A stretch of 62,873 bases of DNA, counting the filler, from Stramenopiles sp. TOSAG23-2 (lineage: Eukaryota), in NCBI GenBank assembly GCA_900128395.1. It is 4 parts of 4 records of this genome, joined end to end, with 100 filler letters (N's around TTAATTAATTAA, not from the genome) between each part and the next. Parts side by side here need not be neighbours in the genome. Positions count along the whole stretch, not along the records: positions 1 to 15,667 come from LT649699.1; positions 15,768 to 31,429 come from LT649700.1; 2 more parts are not named here. One strand, 5' to 3'. This document shows positions 11,189 through 21,042 of the stretch, piece after piece (within the stretch, counting starts at the first letter, position 1; the number at the start of each line of letters is the position of its first letter). The notes beneath the pieces are model-generated. The model was not told the DNA's origin. It searched no databases and saw nothing but the letters and a program-made list of their open reading frames with translations. Made by a program: the position numbers and the translations under genes.

Positions 11189-13342
11189 TTACACTACTCC
11201 GCATTCTCCCTGATCATAACCACATTGCACGGTAAAACAACCAGATTCATTATTTCGTAACGATTCTATAAATCTTTGATCGAAATCAACCCCTGGATAC
11301 ATACCAGAAATTTCATGGTAATATGAATAGTGGTACAGTTCGTCATCACAATAATTGTTTCCGAGCCAAGTCTTTGGGCAATTAATGCTACATTGCTTCT
11401 CACACATTTTCCCGTCCTTGTCAACACCGCATACTGGATTATTTGCAATTGAACAATAATCTAAGTTATTGCACCACGATAATTGATTTGCATCAATCGA
11501 TGCAATTTTATTGTATCGTATGTCAAAAAACGAAAGTTGTTTTAAATGCATGATACATTCTGGAATGACATCAAGTTTGTTATTCCAAATACCTATCTTT
11601 TCTAATTTATCATTATTACAAAAAGCACTTTCTTCTATATTTTTAATTTGATTGTCAAATAACCATATGCTTTGTAAATTTTTCAACTCGTTAACGGATT
11701 TTGGTACACTTTCGATTGAATTGGCAACCAAGTTAAGATACGATACTATTGGCAATATTGATAATTCATTTGGTATTTCCTTAATCTTATTGTAGCCAAA
11801 ATCAACTTCTTCAAGTTGTGGCATATTAGAAGAAAATGGAATTTTTGTCAGATTATTTTCTTTAGCACTTAGAAGCCAGAGTTCCGTTGCTTTTGAGATT
11901 GATGATGGTAAATTCATTAAATTATTGCCATCAACTTGAATGCGAAATAAATCCTTCGGGGCACTGAATAAGCTACTTGGCAGCGATTGTAAGCGATTAT
12001 TATTGAAATCTACATGCATCAATCTTTCATGATTGTAACCAAAATTTTCGGATAAACTTTTTAATCTGCTGTAAATAATTTCAACTTTTGTTAAGCCATC
12101 AAATTCATCAAACGATTTCGGTAATGTTTCTTCCGTGTAATTTGTTATCTGTATGTAAGCACAATTGCATTTAGGTGAAAACGGTGCATTACAAAATGGA
12201 ACATGAATTTTACATCCATTCCATATTTCTTTTGTATGTTTTTCCTGGCAAACATTATTTGATGGAGTCAATGCAAATTGCAAAGACAATATTCCAATAA
12301 ATGCAATTATATATAATACGTTTAATAATATGAATGCTTTACGAATTGTTGGTGGCAGTCTTTGCGCTTGCTTTAGAGTCAAATCTGTTACTGATGATCT
12401 TCTTGGTTTTCGTCTTTTTTTGACTGCGATAAAACGTTCCCTCAGAAAATCATGCCTTTTTTGAATTGTATCTATCCATAATTCAAATAGTTTTGACATA
12501 ACTAAAAGTGATGGAACCAATATACATACCAAAACTTGGCCAATAGTTTGTGGAACAAAAAATATTAGAAACATTGACATCGTTGGAACTCCCATACAAA
12601 AAACATCTGTAAATATATCCAATAATATTTGTCGATTACGCACGGTGGAGGACTCGAGATGAAATAGAGACCATAAAGACAGGGCTGCCTCCGCTATTAA
12701 AACTAAAAGAATAAACACTAAGAAAACTTGCGGTAAAGCGCATGCGTACACAGAAAAATATGTATACATTTGCCATACGATTTCTATGTTTTCAGAAAGA
12801 TACATTTTGATTAAATAATATTCTCCGTCTAAAGTAAAGAATGCGATGTAAAACCAAGTAACGAAAGGCTGCTTCGACTCTTCTCCTTTGGTACTATCAT
12901 TTCCTTGGATTTTTTCGAACAATTTGAAACAAACATTAAAACTCAATAATCTCGATTTTAACAATACTTCAGCGATACAAACACAAATAATAATGATTCC
13001 CGTACATATCACAATTAAATGCAACCAAATAAATGGTCTATCAAGTCCTCGCATGTCAACAAATACATAGTGTGCACAAATGAAAGCGACAACTATTAAG
13101 AATAAAGCAATACCACTACAAGTACAGCACAACTTGCGTGCATATTTACAACGATTCTTTTTAACAAATGTCAAAAAAAGATCTTGTTCTTCATCTTCCC
13201 CAAACGTAGTAGAATTATTTTCCTCAGATTGTTTTGATAATGGGTTTTCAACTGCCACTTCATCTTTCACAAATGTAGAGTTATTTTCCTCGACGGCAGA
13301 TTTTTTAGATAACGGGTTTTCAACTGTTTGAACTAGTTCCAT
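11189..13342 (-). CDS. Multi-pass membrane protein with C-terminal LRR array and LNR (Lin12/Notch)-like module
   Basis: About 7 hydrophobic segments in the N-terminal half, a Cys cap, ~10 LxxLxLxxN repeats, then CSINCPKTWLGNNYCD...CFTVQCGYDQGEC. Confidence 0.75.
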   Translation of the reverse strand: MELVQTVENPLSKKSAVEENNSTFVKDEVAVENPLSKQSEENNSTTFGEDEEQDLFLTFVKKNRCKYARKLCCTCSGIALFLIVVAFICAHYVFVDMRGLDRPFIWLHLIVICTGIIIICVCIAEVLLKSRLLSFNVCFKLFEKIQGNDSTKGEESKQPFVTWFYIAFFTLDGEYYLIKMYLSENIEIVWQMYTYFSVYACALPQVFLVFILLVLIAEAALSLWSLFHLESSTVRNRQILLDIFTDVFCMGVPTMSMFLIFFVPQTIGQVLVCILVPSLLVMSKLFELWIDTIQKRHDFLRERFIAVKKRRKPRRSSVTDLTLKQAQRLPPTIRKAFILLNVLYIIAFIGILSLQFALTPSNNVCQEKHTKEIWNGCKIHVPFCNAPFSPKCNCAYIQITNYTEETLPKSFDEFDGLTKVEIIYSRLKSLSENFGYNHERLMHVDFNNNRLQSLPSSLFSAPKDLFRIQVDGNNLMNLPSSISKATELWLLSAKENNLTKIPFSSNMPQLEEVDFGYNKIKEIPNELSILPIVSYLNLVANSIESVPKSVNELKNLQSIWLFDNQIKNIEESAFCNNDKLEKIGIWNNKLDVIPECIMHLKQLSFFDIRYNKIASIDANQLSWCNNLDYCSIANNPVCGVDKDGKMCEKQCSINCPKTWLGNNYCDDELYHYSYYHEISGMYPGVDFDQRFIESLRNNESGCFTVQCGYDQGECGVV

Positions 13343-14335
13343 GGAGGTGGAAAAGGTGAAATAACAGTAATATTAATGGTGTTCCTGCGGCCTTTTTACT
13401 GTTTCGTTAATTTATTAATGGCGAGTAATATAAATATATTCGTCTATAATACCCTACCGATTGCACTTCATTGCACATACACAAACATATATATGTCTCA
13501 ATATTAATATATATATGTATGATATGTATTATTATATTTTTATTAATTTCTTCTAGTGCTATAACGGTGCTAAATATATAATAAATTAATTACTGATTTA
13601 TTCCCATCATCATGATGGCTCGTGGCCCTGTAAAATTGGTTCATCTCATATTTTTCCCTTCTTTTTTATACGAGGTGGAAAACACTTCGTTTTTAGGTGA
13701 AAAGTGGGGGTGAGAGGGTGTGTGTATAAATTCTTGGAATTAATATTATTATGATGAAGCAAAATGCATTTATTAGGATTCACACTAATGATATTATGGT
13801 AATGGTAATGAAAGGTGTTAGAATCGTTGATGTCATGCGTTGATTAGTGACAGTTTGTATTCACACATACTCATATGATAGGAGTATTAGTTTATACATT
13901 AGTACGAATTAAGACGATGGTGTGGGGACACCACAAATTTAAACTTTTTTTTTTGGAAAGATGTTATTGGATATTGGATCTTAATTGATAGGTATAAATG
14001 ATATTCTTAGTATATATATTAGTACATAACCATCACTACTTGGATATAAAACATATATATATGTACATAGTATGTAGACATGTGCATGATGATGAGAAAC
14101 GTAGAGGTATGTATATAGATATATATATAGTTTATAGTTTATCGATTTACAAAACAAGGCATCATTCATTTATATTAAAAGAATTAAATATCTAAGATAT
14201 ACTTAAGAGAGATATAATTAATATAGTTATAATTAATATAGTTATAAAAGGGAAAGTATATATATAAATAGTATACACACACACACACACACAATATTTA
14301 ATATTTAGCAAGAAAAAAAAGAAACCCCAAAAAAA

Positions 14336-15667
14336 ATGGCATCGTTACTAACACCATCTTCGGAAATGGCATATTTAAATGACCCTGGAGAATGGAATTT
14401 CTTTATATCGCATGCACAAGCAGATTCAAAAGATATTGCACTTGATGTTTGGACTTCTTTCACATACGAACAGAAGAAAACATGTTGGTTAGATGTGAAA
14501 ATGGCTGAACGGGATGAAGATGCAATGAAAGAAGGTGTACGAAATTCGAAGATTTTCTTGGTAATTATATCACCTTCATATTTTACAAGACCATTTTGCG
14601 TGAAAGAATTAGAATGGGCTGTTGAATATGGAAAACCAATACAAATTATTATTGATGTTCAATTAAAAGGAGAAATCGGCAATATTATTGACCGTTGTCC
14701 TGCAGATAAAGCATATTTAAAAAATATTGGAAAGATTAATTTTACAGAAGTTTTTCGAGGAAATCCAACGTTTTGGGAAGCAAGTGTGACATCTATTTTG
14801 AAAGCAAAACCAAAGATTCTTATGAAAGATGGTAGTGTTACGGCAGTAGCCAAACAAAATATTGCTGAAGCAACGAAGCAAGGGAAGAAAGAGTTTGAAA
14901 TGGAAAAAGCTCTTCTTGATGCTCAGCATAAACTTAAAGAACAAGAGATGGCAATGAAATTGAAAGAAATGGAGTTGAAACTGGAAGAGCAACGTCTTAA
15001 GAGATGAAAGCGATGCAACAAGATGATGTTGTGGATAATAATAATAATAATAATGATAAGAAAAGTGCTGCGTATATGAAATGGGAAAAAGAATTTGATG
15101 GGAAGACGGGAGTGAATTTGAATGGAAAGAATCTCACGGATGAGGATGCATTAGCTATTGGTGAATTGTTAAAAACAAACAATACATTAACGGTATTGCG
15201 CCTACATAATAATAATATAACTGATGTACAAAGTATTGGTGAAGGATTAAAANNNNNNNNNNNNNNNNNNNGATGAGGATGCATTAGCTATTGGTGAATT
15301 GTTAAAAACAAACAATACATTAACGGTATTGCGCCTACATAATAATAATATAACTGATGTACAAAGTATTGGTGAAGGATTAAAATCAAACAATACATTA
15401 GTGGCATTGGACCTATCTAATAATAATATTACTGATGTACAAAGTATTGGTGAAGGATTAAAATCAAACAATACATTAACGCACTTGTACCTAGATAATA
15501 ATAATATTACTGATGATAGTGGAATACAAAGTATTATGGATGGATTAAAAACAAACAATACATTAAAGTACTTGGACCTAGATAATAATCAACTTAGTTA
15601 TAATATGAAAAGACAATTAAATGCTATACAACAATATAAAAGAGATGGATCAAACGGGTATCAACAA
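14336..15667 (+). CDS. TIR (TIR_2-type) - coiled coil - RI-like LRR protein; 1-nt frameshift near 15000, internal N gap, 3' truncated by contig end
   Basis: TIR motifs FFISHAQ, CWLD and SPSYFTRPFCVKELEWA; K/E/M-rich coiled coil; 26-aa LRR DVQSIGEGLKSNNTLxxLxLxNNNIT. Adding one A to CTTAAGAGATG fuses the two ORFs as ...QRLKEMKAMQQ. Confidence 0.8.
15139..15385. repeat. ~114-bp LRR-coding segment duplicated on both sides of an N gap (15253-15271); scaffolding overlap or collapsed LRR array
   Basis: GATGAGGATGCATTAGCT...GAAGGATTAAA occurs at 15139-15252 and again from 15272. Confidence 0.8.
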
Positions 15668-15767
15668 NNNNNNNNNNNNNNNNNNNNNNNNNNNNNNNNN
15701 NNNNNNNNNNNTTAATTAATTAANNNNNNNNNNNNNNNNNNNNNNNNNNNNNNNNNNNNNNNNNNNN
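15668..15767. other. Artificial contig linker
   Basis: N-run, TTAATTAATTAA (stops in all six frames), N-run. Confidence 0.97.
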
Positions 15768-16288
15768 TAATCCTATCAAATACGTAAATAGATTTCTACC
15801 TTTTTTTGATCAAAATCAATAGTGAGTAGTTATAAAAATTAACATGGACACACTAGCTGTATAGAGAGGATTTTTAAATTCTTTAGAAAAATCGTTGTTG
15901 ATAAGGCGAAAATCGTTGTTGATAAGGCGGCACGTGGTATATTCCATAAAAAGCACTTTCCAAAAGTAGCAAAAATTACATGCTATTTACATGCTAGTTT
16001 TACGGAATATCCTCCGTTGAAAATAGAACAGATTCTGTGGTGCTATACAGCATTAAATCTACCAACTTTATTACGAGAGTTTATTAAAAAATATTAATAA
16101 ATAGTCAGTCCTGGAGACTTTATTCATTTCTTATTTTCTAATTTCTCCAGTCTTAAATAAAATATCAATCTATCAATTTTGGACACCTCGTGCCTTGTCC
16201 GATGGCAGACGACTCACTACCACTTTCAATAAATTCAATTACGGAAGACTCTTCCAGGATATTACGATTATTATCAGAGTGAGTTCCG

Positions 16289-18079
16289 ATGAAAAAGTTT
16301 TGTAATAGACCACTCTTCTTTGTTTCTTTAGGAATGCTCTGCTTGGTTATTTCAATTTTAATTTGGTACTTTAAACTAAGCTTAATTTCCTTGATAACTT
16401 TAGTATATGATTTCCAAGTTCCACCAGAGGATTCACAAGTTCCCCCAGAGTGGTGGTATCAACAAAATTATCAACCTACATTTACTTGTCAACATGAACG
16501 CAGAATTGGTGGTTTAGGTGACGGTCCAAAATGGGTTTGTGACCCGCATAGAATACCACGAGATAGTTGTTTAGTGTATTCCATTGGCTCAAATAATGAT
16601 TTCTCGTTTGAGCAGAATGTTTTAAATGAAATATCAGATAAATGCGAAATACACACATTTGACCCTACTACTGGTAAAAACCCATCAAATAAACCACCAT
16701 CCGTTCATTTCCATCCGTGGGCCGTTGGTTCGAAAACAGAAGTGAATAAACTTGGATGGGAGGTTAAAACGATACAAGATATTATTTCGTCTCTTGGTCA
16801 CAACGATCGTACAATTGACATTTTAAAAATAGATTGTGAAGGTTGTGAATGGGAAAGTTATGATACTTGGTTGAATGGACCAAAAATTCGTCAAATACAA
16901 GTCGAAATGCACGGGATCAAAAAAGCAAAAGAACTGCTTTCTAGTATGTATAATAGCAACTTTGTAGTCTTTCATAAAGAGCCGAACACGTATGGTTGTC
17001 GCGGTTCATGTATCGAATACGCATTTGTTCATTTAAGTGAATATTTTTTTAGTAATATTTATGACAACAGTACGAAAGCATATAGTCGTAAAAATAATAG
17101 AAGTAAAACTTTTAGAGTTCCTCCTCTGCTGCGCCAGCCATTCGAAAATTCATCGGTAGCGTACAAAGAGTCAGATAAATTTTTTACAGATATTAGAGAT
17201 TCAGATTGGTTGCGTATGAAAGAACGACAACGAAATGCGAAGTATTGCTTATACGACGGTTGTCCTGACAATACACCAAATAAGTGGTATCAACAAAATT
17301 ATCAACCTACATTTACTTGTCAACATGAACGCAGAATTGGTGGTTTAGGTGACGGTCCAAAATGGGTTTGTGACCCGCATAGAATACCACGAGATAGTTG
17401 TTTAGTGTATTCCATTGGCTCAAATAATGATTTCTCGTTTGAGCAGAATGTTTTAAATGAAATATCAGATAAATGCGAAATACACACATTTGACCCTACT
17501 ACTGGTAAAAACCCATCAAATAAACCACCATCCGTTCATTTCCATCCGTGGGCCGTTGGTTCGAAAACAGAAGTGAATAAACTTGGATGGGAGGTTAAAA
17601 CGATACAAGATATTATTTCGTCTCTTGGTCACAACGATCGTACAATTGACATTTTAAAAATAGATTGTGAAGGTTGTGAATGGGAAAGTTATGATACTTG
17701 GTTGAATGGACCAAAAATTCGTCAAATACAAGTTAAGTTATACGGGATCAAAAAAGCAAAAGAACTGCTTTCTAGTGCGTATAATAGCAACTTTGTAGTC
17801 TTTCATATCGAACCGGATGCCGCAGGTAAGTGCCAAGCCGACTGTTACGAATTTGCTTTTCTGCGGTTAAGTAATGCATTTTTTAGCGAAGATATAAGAA
17901 GTAACACCTTTAGAATTCCCGCCCCGCCACCACGCAAGCCATTTTTGGATTCAATGTTAGCATACAAAGAGTCAGATGGATTTTTTACAGATATCAGAGA
18001 TTCAGATTGGTTGCGTATGAAAGAACGCCAACGAAATGCGAAGTATTGCAATACTAATGTGAGATGCGGAAAGAAGTAG
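16289..18079 (+). CDS. Type II membrane Methyltransf_22 (METTL24-like) protein with tandemly duplicated domain
   Basis: N-terminal TM segment. RIGGLGDGPKWVCDPHR, CLVYSIGSNNDFSFE, CEIHTFDP and IDILKIDCEGCEW each occur twice with an 831-nt period. Confidence 0.85.
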   Translation: MKKFCNRPLFFVSLGMLCLVISILIWYFKLSLISLITLVYDFQVPPEDSQVPPEWWYQQNYQPTFTCQHERRIGGLGDGPKWVCDPHRIPRDSCLVYSIGSNNDFSFEQNVLNEISDKCEIHTFDPTTGKNPSNKPPSVHFHPWAVGSKTEVNKLGWEVKTIQDIISSLGHNDRTIDILKIDCEGCEWESYDTWLNGPKIRQIQVEMHGIKKAKELLSSMYNSNFVVFHKEPNTYGCRGSCIEYAFVHLSEYFFSNIYDNSTKAYSRKNNRSKTFRVPPLLRQPFENSSVAYKESDKFFTDIRDSDWLRMKERQRNAKYCLYDGCPDNTPNKWYQQNYQPTFTCQHERRIGGLGDGPKWVCDPHRIPRDSCLVYSIGSNNDFSFEQNVLNEISDKCEIHTFDPTTGKNPSNKPPSVHFHPWAVGSKTEVNKLGWEVKTIQDIISSLGHNDRTIDILKIDCEGCEWESYDTWLNGPKIRQIQVKLYGIKKAKELLSSAYNSNFVVFHIEPDAAGKCQADCYEFAFLRLSNAFFSEDIRSNTFRIPAPPPRKPFLDSMLAYKESDGFFTDIRDSDWLRMKERQRNAKYCNTNVRCGKK

Positions 18080-19209
18080 GAACATATGCAATGTTTGAGT
18101 ACAATTGTTTTGAATTGAATCGAATTTTTGTTTTGTTGTTTTGCTAGTACTGGTTGACAAGTTTGTTGTTTCGGGTTTTGATTTTGATTTTGATTTTGTT
18201 TGATACACTGTGCTTCAGGCTGATAAACTTTCACATTTTAAGGTTTAATGTGTAGGTATTCTTGAATATTTCCCGTTATTGCTTTAGGATATTTATAATT
18301 TTGACCATAGACCCTTAAATATCCGCTTTTTTAGAGGGTTTTTGATGTTGTGGCTCCGAGTTCGCGGATGTCAACCTTGACCAAGCCGAGTCACCAAGCC
18401 GAGCCATGGAGTCGGGGAAGACAGTTGAGTCGCCACCCCAAGTCACTGAGCTAAGTTGTGAGTAAAATTTCAAGCAAAATTTTATCCGCATGTTTCTTTG
18501 ACATTGCACAAGTCTGTGTATTATGGTCCTCGTTCAGTGTTCCATGAGACCAGCAAGTAGAGCAACGACCTTTTTTTTCCAGCACGCGAGATTTTTTCAT
18601 CTTAAACATATTGAGAAGAAAATAAAATAAATAAATATGTACAAGTGTCTTGATATATATGTGTGTGCGTGCGCCCTAAATATATGTTGAAACAATCATA
18701 CCATATGGAAGGAGGTTGTGGGTATAATATATTCGTTTTTATTCATCAATTTTCAATAGTATAGTTATTATTTTCACTTTTTTCATCATCTTTTCTCAGC
18801 AGTAGCAGCATGATGCAATTGGCTCAAAATTTTGTAAATTCTTTCCTCTCCTCGAGATCTGGTCTGGGAGATCCCAGCTGGGCCAGCTGGGCCAGCCCAG
18901 CCAGCCCAGAGAATTATGGGCTCACTTTTTTTGCAATTATTTGTAAGTACAGTATTAGTGTATACTGAAATATTCCTATAATTGATCACACATAACAAAT
19001 CGCCTTTTCGATTTTCGACACATACATGTCGTAAGCGTCTGCCGTTATACACATTTATTATTGTATCACATGTATAAAAACAAACAATATAACCAAATAG
19101 ACTTCCATGATAGAATTTAGAAATTTCTAACCAAGATAGACTTGCATTTGTTTTTTCCATAACAGAAGCTCTCTCATAGCAAATAAAATCATTCTTACAT
19201 TTCCACTAA

Positions 19210-19575
19210 AGAAAAAATAATAAACAATTTAAACTTCTAGTTGATACTGGTGGACAAGCTGGTACACAGATTCAAGAAAGATTTATTAAAGGACTTGGCA
19301 TTCCATATGTTAAAAACAAAAAAGGAGAGCTTAAATATGAAAATATACTATGTGCAGGTAAAGAAATGAAATGTAAATTTGCGATGGTGAATATAGAACC
19401 AAACAAAAATTTGAGAGGTTGCCATGTATTGGAAAATGAGGAAATTCTTGTCGTTCCAAATGGAACAGTACAAATACTTGGTTTGAAGCAGATTAAAAAG
19501 ATGAAAATAATTATTGAGCCAAGAAGTGCTAGTGATTCTGAAACAAATCCATATAAAAAAAGAAAGAAGGGTTGA
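19210..19575 (+). pseudogene. Retropepsin-like (clan AA) aspartic protease fragment without an in-frame start upstream of the active site
   Basis: Frame open from 19210: RKNNKQFKLLVDTGGQAGTQIQERFIKGLGIP...EILVVP...VQILGLKQIKKMKIII. It carries the LVDTG active-site motif and the downstream ILG motif. In-frame TAA at 19207-19209. Confidence 0.55.
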
Positions 19576-19719
19576 TTATAAAGAATAAGAATTCGTATGA
19601 GCTTACAAGGGTATGATTAGCAAATAAAATTATTGAAATATATATACTTAAAATTTTTTATATTAATTTGTTCTTCCAGATTTTTTCAATCTCTCTCTTG
19701 TAATCAACAATTTTACTTC

Positions 19720-21042
19720 TTACCCAAACGCATCGTGATGAAATCTCCTAACTGCATCAACGCCATCAATAAAAAATGGACGTAAACGTTTACATAATGC
19801 AGTAATTTCCTTATGCCGTGGTACCATAAAAGCATCATGACCATGTATTGTATTTAATACTTCATAATGTACACGAAAATCTTTTTGTGGTCCTAATGTA
19901 GATGCAACTTCTAACAATTCACATGGTGGCATAATTGCATCTGTTGAATACGGCAATAATAAAATTTCTTTTTTTTCTTTTTTACCTGTTATTTCATTGA
20001 TATCATTTATATTATTGATGTGATTTTCTTTCATTACATCATAATCCAAAGACATTCTATCACATGCTTCTGATAATGTCATATAACAATCAACATCATA
20101 TCCTCCACGTTCAAATAAATCCGCTTGATGCTTTAAATAGCTTTCTACTTCAAATGTAACTTCCTCTTCATCAGCATGATTTTTATTATTCCTATTTCTA
20201 TTTTTATTTTTGTCATCCATTGGATCCCATGAAAAACGTCGATCAAATTCTTCTCTACTCCTATATCCAATAGTTCCAATCATACGTGCAACACGAAGAC
20301 CTTTCGATTTATCCATTTTTACAGCTTGCCGTTGTACAAATCGTAATCCAACTGTACTAGGTGATGTATGGCCAGTAGCAGCTATTGCACATGCACGATG
20401 AAATTTATTTGGATACATTGCAGCAAATTGTAAAACTTGCATACCACCCATCGAACCACCAACAATCGCAGAAACTTTTTCAATACCTAAATATTCTAAT
20501 AAAATATTATGTAAATTAGCCATATCTAATGGAGTTATTGTTGGAAAATCATTTTTCCATTTTTTACCAGTATCTTCATTTGTTGTTATCGGTGATGTAG
20601 ATCCATATGGACTACCTAATGGTGATGCACATATTACATTAAATTTATTTAAATCGATTCCATACGATTCACCATATCCAACAATACTTCTCCACCATCC
20701 TTTTGCATTATGTTCTTTCGAATCGACTAAAAATGGCGAGTTTGATAATGATGGAAATACATATATTATAGGTTTCATTGGATTTTCATTCATACCAATA
20801 GATAAATATTTTATTTGAAGGGATTTGGATGGTATTTTAAAACCATTTTCTAATTTTAAATCAACACCTGGTTTGATGGTTTCTACAAAAATTTCCGATG
20901 ATTCTCCTTGTGATGCTGATAATGTGGACATTTTGAATAATCGTTGTTGTTTAGATGCATCGTGACGGATATTATTATTATTGTTGCTATAACGGCAATA
21001 ATATTTAATTTTTTTTTGTACAGCACGCCAACTTGTGTTCAT
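19720..21042 (-). CDS. Homoserine/serine O-acyltransferase (MetX/Met2/Cys2 family, alpha/beta hydrolase fold), probable N-terminal organellar presequence
   Basis: GWW...IDLNKFNVIC...LGSPYGSTSP; nucleophile elbow GGSMGGM; STDAIMP (Asp); GHDAF (His); FEVESYLKHQA. Confidence 0.88.
   Translation of the reverse strand: MNTSWRAVQKKIKYYCRYSNNNNNIRHDASKQQRLFKMSTLSASQGESSEIFVETIKPGVDLKLENGFKIPSKSLQIKYLSIGMNENPMKPIIYVFPSLSNSPFLVDSKEHNAKGWWRSIVGYGESYGIDLNKFNVICASPLGSPYGSTSPITTNEDTGKKWKNDFPTITPLDMANLHNILLEYLGIEKVSAIVGGSMGGMQVLQFAAMYPNKFHRACAIAATGHTSPSTVGLRFVQRQAVKMDKSKGLRVARMIGTIGYRSREEFDRRFSWDPMDDKNKNRNRNNKNHADEEEVTFEVESYLKHQADLFERGGYDVDCYMTLSEACDRMSLDYDVMKENHINNINDINEITGKKEKKEILLLPYSTDAIMPPCELLEVASTLGPQKDFRVHYEVLNTIHGHDAFMVPRHKEITALCKRLRPFFIDGVDAVRRFHHDAFG

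Noticed and set aside
15323-15583. Diversity-generating retroelement explanation for LRR codon variation (NNC/NNT-like pattern)
   Set aside because: No reverse transcriptase or template repeat in the window; flanking AAT codons are invariant, and GTA/GCA do not fit an AAC template. Selection explains the pattern more simply, though an unlinked mechanism is not excluded.
1-15667. Contig 1 as a circular element (ends overlap)
   Set aside because: The overlapping ends differ at 12 of 153 nt and the interior carries core housekeeping genes; paralogy fits better.
15712-15723. TTAATTAATTAA as a biological motif (also in the other two gaps)
   Set aside because: Six-frame stop linker centred in N runs; added during concatenation.
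19177-19209. TAA/TAG reassignment to extend the protease frame
   Set aside because: Conserved genes here end in TAA (CFAP299, CCDC93), TAG (EDR2-like) and TGA (SHQ1, TNPO1) with no internal stops; standard genetic code.
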